Shown here piece after piece: positions 18,023 through 26,316 of a DNA stretch of 64,000 bases (position 1 is the first letter of the stretch; each line of letters opens with the position of its first letter). The DNA comes from Polyangiales bacterium (GTDB lineage: Bacteria > Myxococcota_A > Polyangia > Polyangiales > Polyangiaceae). The notes below the pieces were generated by a model. The model saw only the letters and a program-made list of their open reading frames with translations. It was not told where the DNA came from and searched no databases. A program made the position numbers and the translations under genes. The stretch lies in contig JBBRLQ010000002.1 of the NCBI GenBank assembly GCA_038231275.1, positions 512,001 through 576,000 of the forward strand, given 5' to 3'.

Positions 18023-19021
18023 ATGAACCTACGACCCTTGCTCCCCTTGCTTTCCCTCGCCTCGCTGATCGGCCTCGCGGGATGCTCCAGCAGCAGCTCG
18101 TCCCACGCGAACGGGGGCGACGCGGGAAGCGACGCCACCACCGGCCCGACGATCGACAAGGTCGCCGCCGACGTCGCGAGCGCGTACTGCGCGCGGGCGC
18201 AGGCGTGCGCGCCGGCGTTCGTGTCGATCGGCTACGGCGACGTCGCGACGTGCACGGCCACCTTCGCGGCAGACGTGACGCGCGCGTTCAAGGGAACCGG
18301 CGTTACCGAGACCCCCGCGCAGATCGCCCTGTGCGCAGCGGCCGTCCCACAGCTGTCGTGCGGCGATCTCCTCGCCCGCAGGACCGCGCCGGCGTGCAAG
18401 CCGCCCGCGGGGACCCTCGCCGACGGCGCCGCCTGCGCCGCCGACGCGCAGTGCCAGGGGACGCGATGCAAAATAGCGTTCGGCCAAGTGTGCGGCACGT
18501 GCACGACGCACGTGGCGGCCGGCGCGGCGTGCGGCGTCGACGACGACTGCGACACCGGCATGATGTGCCTCGCAGCCACGTGCGTCGCATTCGGCGACGA
18601 GAAGGCGACCTGCGACGCGACGCACCCCTGCCGCCCCGATCTCGCGTGCAACTCCGGCGCGTGCGGCGCTCCCAACGCGGTCGGCGCCGCGTGCACCGCG
18701 CCCGACCAATGCAACGCCGCGAACGGGATCGTCTGCAACCCGCAGTCGAAGAAGTGCGACACGCTCTCGCTCGGCGGCCCGCGCGCGCCGTGCGGCTTCG
18801 TCGCGGGGCACGTCGCGTCGTGCATGAGCGCGGCAGCGTGCGTCGGCGCCACCGCGCCCAAATTCCAAGGCACGTGCACCACCGCGGCGGCCCCCGGCGC
18901 CGCGTGCGACACGAGCGCCGGACCCACGTGCGGTCCCGGCGCGGCGTGCGTGTGCTCCAGCAACGTCGACGGAGGTTGTATCGGGACCTGCAAGCAGAGG
19001 GATCCCGCCGCGTGTCACTGA
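18023..19021 (+). CDS. Cys-rich lipoprotein
   Basis: lipobox LAGC; repeated GAAC..D.DC motifs. Confidence 0.8.
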   Translation: MNLRPLLPLLSLASLIGLAGCSSSSSSHANGGDAGSDATTGPTIDKVAADVASAYCARAQACAPAFVSIGYGDVATCTATFAADVTRAFKGTGVTETPAQIALCAAAVPQLSCGDLLARRTAPACKPPAGTLADGAACAADAQCQGTRCKIAFGQVCGTCTTHVAAGAACGVDDDCDTGMMCLAATCVAFGDEKATCDATHPCRPDLACNSGACGAPNAVGAACTAPDQCNAANGIVCNPQSKKCDTLSLGGPRAPCGFVAGHVASCMSAAACVGATAPKFQGTCTTAAAPGAACDTSAGPTCGPGAACVCSSNVDGGCIGTCKQRDPAACH

Positions 19022-20673
19022 GGCGCGGCGCGCGGACCGCCCTCGCGCTCGCGGGGGTCGTCTACGCCGGGTGCTATTCCGCCGACGCAGGCGACGCGCC
19101 CACCGCGATCCCGACCCCCGCCGCCCCGCCCGCGGTGGGTCCCTCGCCGCTGCGAAGGCTCGGGAACGTCGAGTACCTGAACACGCTCCACGATCTCTTT
19201 CCGGCGGTGGATGTCGCGCTGCCGGCGTTGCCGGGAGACGTGCCGGTCGCCGGCTTCGAGAACGCGATCGAGGCGCAGCAGGCGTCCGACGTCCGCGTCG
19301 CGCGCTATTCGCAGATCGCCGATCTTTACGCCGAGGCGACGACGGCGAGCCTCGTCGGCGTCGGCGCGCTCGTCGGGTGCCGCGACTGGTCGTCCGACGC
19401 GCTCGCGGCGTCGTGCGCGGACTCGTTCGTGGCGACTACGGGGCGGCGCGTCTTCCGTAGACCGCTCGACGACGGCGAGAAGCAGCGCTTCACGGCGAAG
19501 TTCATGGCGTGGCGCGCGGCAGTGGATTTCGACGCGGCGGTGCAGCTCACGCTCTCGACGTGGCTCCAGTCTCCCCAGTTCCTCTACCGCGTCGAGCCGC
19601 CGCCGAGAGGTGCGCCCGTGGGGACGATCGTTCCCGTGGACGCGTACCCCCTGGCGAGCCGCCTCTCCTTCTTCTTGTGGGAGAGCACGCCGGACGACGC
19701 GCTCCTCGACGCCGCCGATCGCGGCGAGCTCGCGACAGGCACGCAGGTGCGCGCGCAGGCCGAGCGGATGCTCGCGGACCCGCGGGCGCGGCGATCGCTG
19801 TGGGGCTTCCATCGGCAGTGGCTGGGGCTCGATCGCATCCTGCAAGACGAGCACACGCAGCGCACCGCCGAGGTGGACCCTGCGTGGACCGCCGCCACGC
19901 AGCTCTCCGCCGCGCGCGAGTCGCAAATCTTCGTCGAGAACGTCCTCGCGCAAGGGGGCACGCTCCGCGATCTGTTCACGAGCCGCCGCGCGTGGGTCGA
20001 CGGCGAGATGGCGCGCGTCTACGGCGTCGCCGCGCCCCCGAGCGGCGCGTGGGTCGAGACCACGTTGCCGGAGGGGGAGCGGGCCGGCCTCTTCACGCGC
20101 GCGGCGTTTTTGGCGGGATTTTCGCATCGCGGCGCGACGTCGCCTCCGGTGCGCGGCAACGGCGTTCAGTTGCGCCTCCTCTGTCAGCTCCCGGTCTCGC
20201 CGCCGCCCGGCGTCGATCTCTCGCAGCCCACCGCCGCGCCCGGCGATGGCCCGCAGACCAACCGCATGCTGTTCGAGGCGCGCACGCAACCTTCGGCGTG
20301 CCAGAGCTGCCACGCCGGCCTCAACGGCTTCGGCTTCGGCCTCGAGAGCTACGATGCCGCGGGGCACTTCCACGCCTCCGAGGTCGGCCTCCCGATCGAC
20401 GCGAGCGGCGTGATCCACGGCACCGACGTCGACGGCCCGTTCCGCGGCGGCGTCGAGCTGTCGGCGGCCCTCGCCAAAAGCGCCGTCGTGCACCGCTGCG
20501 CGACCGAGCGTCTCGTTCGCTACGCGCTCGGGCGCGCGCCGGCCGACGTCGAAGAGCCCGCGGTCACCGCGCTCGCGAAGACGTTCACGGCGAGCGGCGG
20601 CGACGTGCGCGCGCTCCTCCTCGGCGTCGCGACGTCGGAGTCCTTCCGCCTTCGCCGCGTGGAGGCGGACTGA
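19012..20673 (+). CDS. DUF1592/DUF1588/DUF1595/DUF1587/DUF1585 domain protein with one CxxCH
   Basis: LRRLGNVEYLNTLHDL, LQSPQFLYRVE, LASRLSFFLWESTPDDALL, TSPPVRG, CQSCH, FGLESYDAAG. Confidence 0.88.
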   Translation: MSLRRGARTALALAGVVYAGCYSADAGDAPTAIPTPAAPPAVGPSPLRRLGNVEYLNTLHDLFPAVDVALPALPGDVPVAGFENAIEAQQASDVRVARYSQIADLYAEATTASLVGVGALVGCRDWSSDALAASCADSFVATTGRRVFRRPLDDGEKQRFTAKFMAWRAAVDFDAAVQLTLSTWLQSPQFLYRVEPPPRGAPVGTIVPVDAYPLASRLSFFLWESTPDDALLDAADRGELATGTQVRAQAERMLADPRARRSLWGFHRQWLGLDRILQDEHTQRTAEVDPAWTAATQLSAARESQIFVENVLAQGGTLRDLFTSRRAWVDGEMARVYGVAAPPSGAWVETTLPEGERAGLFTRAAFLAGFSHRGATSPPVRGNGVQLRLLCQLPVSPPPGVDLSQPTAAPGDGPQTNRMLFEARTQPSACQSCHAGLNGFGFGLESYDAAGHFHASEVGLPIDASGVIHGTDVDGPFRGGVELSAALAKSAVVHRCATERLVRYALGRAPADVEEPAVTALAKTFTASGGDVRALLLGVATSESFRLRRVEAD

Positions 20674-20674
20674 G

Positions 20675-22111
20675 ATGAGGCTCCACCGCCGTCAGCTCCT
20701 CCAGGCACTCGGACTCGGCGCCGCCGGGACGCTCCTCCCGCACGGCACCGGCGCGCACGCGGGCGGGACGAGCACGCCGTCGCGCATCGTCTTCTACGTG
20801 CAGCCGCACGGACACATCCCGAACGCGTGGAAGATGGACGTTCCCGGCGGCCCCACCGATCGCGTCGCCGTCCGCGCGCTCGCCGGCCTCGCGCCCGCCG
20901 ACATGTCGCCGACGCTGCGGCCGCTCCATCCGTTCCGCGATCGCCTCCTCGCGGTCGAAGGGCTCTCGCACACCGCGGCGCTCGCCGACATTGCCGCGGT
21001 CATGAAGACCGGCGGCGATCTCAACAACCACCAGATCGGCGTCGCCGACGTGCTCACCGGCGCTCGCGCTCTGCAGCGCGCCGGCACGTACTGCACCGGC
21101 GGCGCGCGCACGATCGATCAAGAGCTCGCCGTGCGCCTCGCCGCCCCCGGCCGGTTCGACTCGCGCGTCTATGGCTTCGACTACGTGCCCAACTCGGTGG
21201 CGTCGCCGTTCTCTTACCTCGCGGCTGGCAAGGCGACGCCGATGGTGTCCGATCCGACGACTGCGTTCGCCGATCTCCTCGGCTACCGTCCCCCAACGCC
21301 GGCGCCGACGTCGCGCGCCGAGCTCTTGCGATCGATGCGCCCCTCGGTCCTCGGCGCCGCCGCGAGGGAGTACGAGCTCCTCGCGCCGCGGCTCGGAGCA
21401 GAGGGACGGCAGAAGCTCGAGCAGCACCAGGCGCTCGTCCGCGAGCTCGAGGTGAGCCTCGGATCGCTCGGCGCAGCGCCCAAGTGCGACGCCACATTCG
21501 AGCCGAGCGGGCACGTCGTCCGTCAGTTCATGCGCCTCGTCCGCCTCGCGTTCGCCTGCGATTTGACCCGGATCGTGACGTTCGCGGCCCCCGTCCCGCA
21601 GTGCCCCGAGCTCGGGTACCCCGCCGACGTCACGTTCCACGGATACGGCCACCAGTCGATCCAGGGCATGACGTCGTGCGGCCAGACGTACAGCCCGATC
21701 GCCGAGCGCGCGATGATCGATCTCGACGCCTGGCACGCTGCGCACGTCGCGTACCTGCTCCAGGAGCTCGACTCCGTCATCGAGGGCGACGGCACGCTCC
21801 TCGATCACACGGTCGTCGTATGGGTGACCGAGCTCGCGACGCCGACGCATCAGCATGACGACGCGCACGTGGTCCTCGCGGGAGGATGCAACGGCTTCTT
21901 CGACACCGGTCGCTACGTGCGGTATCCGCGCACGATGCCGAATCCGCTGGCGAGCCAGCCCTTGACCGGCCCCGCGCACAATCGACTCCTCGCCACGCTG
22001 ATGCAAGCGATGGGTCAGCCGGACACGACCTTCGGGATGACCGACGCCGTGGCCGCGGACGGCACCGCGCTGTCGCTGCGCGGTCTGCTCGACGAGCTGA
22101 AGCGCGCGTAG
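20675..22111 (+). CDS. DUF1552 domain protein, Tat signal
   Basis: HRRQLLQALG; TIDQELA, KLEQH, AFACDLTRI, EGDGTLLDHT motifs; typical partner of DUF1592 proteins. Confidence 0.88.
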   Translation: MRLHRRQLLQALGLGAAGTLLPHGTGAHAGGTSTPSRIVFYVQPHGHIPNAWKMDVPGGPTDRVAVRALAGLAPADMSPTLRPLHPFRDRLLAVEGLSHTAALADIAAVMKTGGDLNNHQIGVADVLTGARALQRAGTYCTGGARTIDQELAVRLAAPGRFDSRVYGFDYVPNSVASPFSYLAAGKATPMVSDPTTAFADLLGYRPPTPAPTSRAELLRSMRPSVLGAAAREYELLAPRLGAEGRQKLEQHQALVRELEVSLGSLGAAPKCDATFEPSGHVVRQFMRLVRLAFACDLTRIVTFAAPVPQCPELGYPADVTFHGYGHQSIQGMTSCGQTYSPIAERAMIDLDAWHAAHVAYLLQELDSVIEGDGTLLDHTVVVWVTELATPTHQHDDAHVVLAGGCNGFFDTGRYVRYPRTMPNPLASQPLTGPAHNRLLATLMQAMGQPDTTFGMTDAVAADGTALSLRGLLDELKRA

Positions 22112-22125
22112 GCCGTCGCCAAAAG

Positions 22126-23517
22126 ATGCCGATCGGACCCAGGTACCGCGCCACGCCGCGCATCGTCGAGCTCGGCGACGGCTTTTACGACGAGGTCGTG
22201 GCCGCGAAGTTCCCGGCGCACGTGCTGCGGTACCGCGACGTCCCGTGGGCCGCGCGCGTCGGCCTCGACGCGCTCGACGCGGCGGAGTGGGAGTCGCATT
22301 TCGCGCGCTTCGTCCCGCTGCCCGACAACCTCCCGCGCCCGCTGGCGCTCCGCTACCACGGCCACCAGTTCGACGTGTACAACCCCGACCTGGGCGACGG
22401 ACGCGGCTTCCTCTTCGCGCAGCTCGAGGACGACGCGGGGCGCCTGCTCGATCTCGGGACCAAGGGAAGCGGCACGACGCCGTGGTCGCGCGGCGGCGAC
22501 GGGCGCCTCACCTTGAAGGGCGGTGTTCGCGAGGTCCTCGCGACGACGATGCTCGAGGCGCTCGGCGTCACGACGTCGGTGTCGTTCAGCCTCTTCGAGA
22601 CCGGCGAGAAGCTGCACCGCGGCGACGAGCCCTCCCCTACCCGATCGTCGGTCCTCGTGCGCCTCGGTCACTCGCACATTCGCTTCGGCACGTTCCAGCG
22701 CCTCGCGCACGCGACCGACGTGCCGCGCCTCGAGCGCCTCCTCGCGTACGCGATCCGCCACTATTTCCCGCACGTCGCGGCGGCGCGCGACCCCGCGGAC
22801 GCGTTCTTTCGCGAAGTCGTGAAGCGAAGCGCCACGCTCGCCGCGAGCTACATGATGAGCGGCTTCGTCCACGGAGTCTTGAACTCCGACAACATGATGA
22901 TCACCGGCGAGAGCATGGACTACGGGCCGTACCGCTTCTTGCCCGAGTACGATCTGGACTTCGTCGCCGCGTACTTCGACCACACGGGCCTCTACGCGTA
23001 CGGCAACCAGCCGCGCGCGATCTTTCGCAACGTGCTCCGACTCGGCGGCGCGCTGCGGTTGATCGCGCCCGATTTGCCGCTCGGCGCGGCCGGTGCCCTG
23101 TTCGAAGAGACGCTCGCGCACGAGACGCGCATGAGGCTCGTCCGGCGGCTCGGCCTCGTGCCCGACGGCGACACGGACGAAGCGCTCGCCGCCGCGGCGT
23201 TCGCGTTCCTCGCCGAGAAGCGGGTCGGTTTCGAGCGTTTCTTCTTCGATGTTCATGGCGGCGCGGCACCTAAGCGAGATGCGTACACCGGCGCGCGGTG
23301 GGACGAGCTCGCGCGCCTCCTCGAGCTCTACGCGCCGGTCTCGTCGCGTCGTCACGCTTACTTCGACGGCGACGCGCCGTGCACGCTCCTCATCGACGAA
23401 ATTGAGGCAATCTGGGGCGCGATCGCCACGCAGGACGACTGGGGCCCGTTCGAGGACAAGCTCCTGCGCATCCGCGCGATGGGCGAGGCGCAGCGCAACC
23501 CTCTAGTCCTGCGGTGA
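22126..23517 (+). CDS. selO: protein adenylyltransferase SelO/YdiU family
   Basis: YHGHQF, LGDGRG, KGSGTTPWSRGGDGR, HIRFGTFQ, GFVHGVLNSDN, DYGP. Confidence 0.93.
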   Translation: MPIGPRYRATPRIVELGDGFYDEVVAAKFPAHVLRYRDVPWAARVGLDALDAAEWESHFARFVPLPDNLPRPLALRYHGHQFDVYNPDLGDGRGFLFAQLEDDAGRLLDLGTKGSGTTPWSRGGDGRLTLKGGVREVLATTMLEALGVTTSVSFSLFETGEKLHRGDEPSPTRSSVLVRLGHSHIRFGTFQRLAHATDVPRLERLLAYAIRHYFPHVAAARDPADAFFREVVKRSATLAASYMMSGFVHGVLNSDNMMITGESMDYGPYRFLPEYDLDFVAAYFDHTGLYAYGNQPRAIFRNVLRLGGALRLIAPDLPLGAAGALFEETLAHETRMRLVRRLGLVPDGDTDEALAAAAFAFLAEKRVGFERFFFDVHGGAAPKRDAYTGARWDELARLLELYAPVSSRRHAYFDGDAPCTLLIDEIEAIWGAIATQDDWGPFEDKLLRIRAMGEAQRNPLVLR

Positions 23518-24267
23518 AGGATCCGCGGCCGCGAGCTCGGCGAGCACCGGGTTGTGATCGCTGAGCGCATGCCACCTCGCGCCGCGGACGACGCGGCAGG
23601 CGACGAGGCGCGGACGCCACGCGCGCGGGACGAAGATGCCGTCGCAGTGGTAGGGCGTCGTCGGGTTCGTGCTCCAGCGAAGGGTCTGCGCGAGGGGGCG
23701 ATTTGGGTGGAGCGTCTGCCAGCAGCTGACGAGATCCAGCTCGGCGCCGATTCGATCGAGGAGGGCGCGCTCGCCGCGACTGAGCTTGCGCGGGTGATTC
23801 TCGGGACGGTAGCCGACCGCGACGTTGAAATCGCCGCCGAGCACGACGTCTGCGCCGTCTCCTAGGCGAACGACGCGATCGAGGATTTCGTGCATCGTCT
23901 TGACGTAACCGCGCTCGCCCGCCGGTCCATGGACGCTGAAGAGACGGAGCGGGCGCGAGGACCAGCGCGCGCTGTCGAGCTCGCCGGCCGTCACCCACCC
24001 GCCGAACTGCGGGACGGCGATCGGCGCGAGTGTGGCGCCGCGAACGAAGAGACCCGTGCCCCATCGTGGCGATCGCGCGGGCGCCCACGCGAACGAGTCG
24101 GCGGCGGCGGTTCGGAAGCGCTCTCCAGGGCAATGCTCGGGGGGACGGCACTCCTGCCCGAAGACGACATCGGGGCGAAGCGCCTTCATGACGCGCGACC
24201 ACTGCCCAGCGCGCTTGGCGCTCCCCCCTGCGAGGAAGTTGTAGGCGACGAGGCGAAGGGAGGACAT
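23503..24267 (-). CDS. endonuclease/exonuclease/phosphatase family protein
   Basis: AYNFL, QEC, GGDFN, CDGIF, SDHNPV. Confidence 0.88.
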   Translation of the reverse strand: MSSLRLVAYNFLAGGSAKRAGQWSRVMKALRPDVVFGQECRPPEHCPGERFRTAAADSFAWAPARSPRWGTGLFVRGATLAPIAVPQFGGWVTAGELDSARWSSRPLRLFSVHGPAGERGYVKTMHEILDRVVRLGDGADVVLGGDFNVAVGYRPENHPRKLSRGERALLDRIGAELDLVSCWQTLHPNRPLAQTLRWSTNPTTPYHCDGIFVPRAWRPRLVACRVVRGARWHALSDHNPVLAELAAADPSPQD

Positions 24268-24353
24268 CGAAGTCCCTCGCAGTATGCCGGACGCCGCGTC
24301 GCCGAAGCACGTGGCCCGACCAAATCAGGTGCCAACCGCGGTAGACTGCGGCG

Positions 24354-25376
24354 ATGCCAGCGACCGCGCCCCCACATTTCGACCTCGCGACCGCCGCGCG
24401 GCGCCTGGTCGAGAGCTCGCTGGGGGTGAAGGACGGGGAGCGCGTCGCGGTCATCAGCGACCGCGCGCACGCGGCGATGGCCGACGAGCTCGCGCGCGCG
24501 ATCGGGCAGCTCGGCGGCACCAGCGCGCTCGTCGTCCTCGAAGACTTCGCGCCGCGTCCGCAAGTCCACGCCAGCCCCGGCGTCCTCGCGGCCCTCGAAG
24601 GGGCGAGCGCGAGCGTCCTCGTGTGCAGCTTCTACGGCGGCGAGTACGCGATGCGGCGCGAGCTCGTCGCCGAGGCCGAGCGTCGCAAGCTCCGTCACGC
24701 GCACATGGTCGGCCTGACGCAGCGCTCGATGGTCGCCGGGCTCGCCGCCGATCCCGAGAAGATCGCGGCGCTGTCGCTGGCCGTCCTCGCCCGGATGAAG
24801 CCGGCCTCGGTGCTCCGCGTTCGGAGCGCGGCGGGGACGGATCTGACGGTGCGCCTCGAGCCGAAGCACCGCTGGGTGAACCACTCGGGCGTCATCCGCG
24901 CGGGCACGAAGGAGAACCTGCCGGCCGGCGAGGTCGTCACCTGTCCCGCGGACGCGTCGGGCGTCTATGTCGCGAACGGCACGCTCGGCGACGCGACGGG
25001 ATCGTTCGCGGGGAACCTGACCAAGGCCGCGCTCGTGCTGCACGTCGAAGGCGGCGTCGTGAAGCGCGTCGAGGGCAGCGACGCGACGCTGGCGAGGCGC
25101 ATCCAAGTGGCGATGCGGGGCGTGCCCAACCTCGACCGCGTCGCGCTCGTGAGCCTCGGGACGAACCCCGAGATGCGCGAGCCGGTCGGCGAGATCTTCG
25201 TGGATCAGACGCTGCCGAGCCTCCACGTGTCGCTCGGCCTCACGTTCCCGGAGCGAACCGGCGCGTCGTGGAGCTGCGAGCGGTGGATCGGCTTCACGAC
25301 CGCCGGCACCGACGTGGAGGTCGACGGCGCGCCGCTCCTGCGCGCCGGGCGCTACCTGATCGAGCCGAAGGCGTGA
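24354..25376 (+). CDS. M29 (aminopeptidase T-like) homologue with degenerate metal site
   Basis: VKDGERVAVISD, GTDLTV, ENLPAGEV, LGTN, LHVSLG. Confidence 0.8.
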   Translation: MPATAPPHFDLATAARRLVESSLGVKDGERVAVISDRAHAAMADELARAIGQLGGTSALVVLEDFAPRPQVHASPGVLAALEGASASVLVCSFYGGEYAMRRELVAEAERRKLRHAHMVGLTQRSMVAGLAADPEKIAALSLAVLARMKPASVLRVRSAAGTDLTVRLEPKHRWVNHSGVIRAGTKENLPAGEVVTCPADASGVYVANGTLGDATGSFAGNLTKAALVLHVEGGVVKRVEGSDATLARRIQVAMRGVPNLDRVALVSLGTNPEMREPVGEIFVDQTLPSLHVSLGLTFPERTGASWSCERWIGFTTAGTDVEVDGAPLLRAGRYLIEPKA

Positions 25377-26161
25377 CGACGGAGGGCGCGGAGGAGCGGC
25401 TCGCACGCCACCTCGGCGTCGTCACTCGGCAGGCGATGGAGGTCGCGGCTCCGTTCACGAACGGCCCGCGCACCCCGGAGGTGCTGGAACGCATCGTCGC
25501 GGGGCTCTTCGCGTACGAGGACCTCACCAAGCGCGCGCTCGTCGACGCGCTCGCGCGCGATCCGAAGTGCTTGCCCGTGTGCGCGCCAGGCTGCGCGTTC
25601 TGCTGTCACCTGTCGGTGTTCGCGTCGGTGCCCGAGCTGCTCCACCTGGCCCGGCACCTCCGCGCGACCCTCGATGCGCCGGCACTCGCCGCGAAGGCGT
25701 CGGCGATCACGGCGGCGGCAGCGGCGATCCGCGAGCTCGATCAGGCGGGCCGAGCCGCGGCGAAGCGCGCGTGTCCGCTCCTCGACGAAGGGAGCGGGCG
25801 CTGCGGCGTCTATGCGGCGCGACCGCTCGCCTGCCGCGCGTACAACTCCTGCGATGCCAGCGTGTGCGAGAAGGCGTTCGTCGACGCGCGCGTGCGCTGG
25901 GACATGCCGGTGGACCTTTTTCAGCTGACGGTCGGCCGCAACGTGCGAACCGGCCTCGCCGCCGCCATCGCCGCTGCGGGGCTCGACCCTGGGCCCTACG
26001 AGCTCGCCGCGGGCCTCGCGGTTGCCCTGACGACGCCCGACGCCGAGGCGCGTTGGCTCGCCGGGGAGCCGATTTTCGCCGCGGCGGAGACGCGCATCGG
26101 ACGGGAGCGTCGCGACGCCTGGCGCGAGGCGTTCGCGCGCGCCGCCACCGACGCGCCCTGA
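25373..26161 (+). CDS. YkgJ-family cysteine-cluster (CxxxCxxCC) protein
   Basis: CAPGCAFCC, CPLL, CGVYAARPLACRAY; GTGA overlap with the upstream gene. Confidence 0.85.
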   Translation: MTTEGAEERLARHLGVVTRQAMEVAAPFTNGPRTPEVLERIVAGLFAYEDLTKRALVDALARDPKCLPVCAPGCAFCCHLSVFASVPELLHLARHLRATLDAPALAAKASAITAAAAAIRELDQAGRAAAKRACPLLDEGSGRCGVYAARPLACRAYNSCDASVCEKAFVDARVRWDMPVDLFQLTVGRNVRTGLAAAIAAAGLDPGPYELAAGLAVALTTPDAEARWLAGEPIFAAAETRIGRERRDAWREAFARAATDAP

Positions 26162-26316
26162 CCGGCTCGAATACCCGAGCGAAGCCGCGGCGCTGCGGAG
26201 TCGATGGGGTGGCGCACGAACTCGTTACGTCTGCGCGCGTCATTGACCGCAAAAAAAGGCTCGATTCGGCGCTTTTGGGCTGTCTCCAACGCGGCGATGC
26301 GACTAGCTTGCCGCGC

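Noticed and set aside
23490-23560. Selenocysteine read-through at the selO TGA
   Set aside because: The C-terminus is NPLVLR with no Cys/Ser-Sec motif, and the downstream sequence is the coding region of the convergent EEP gene
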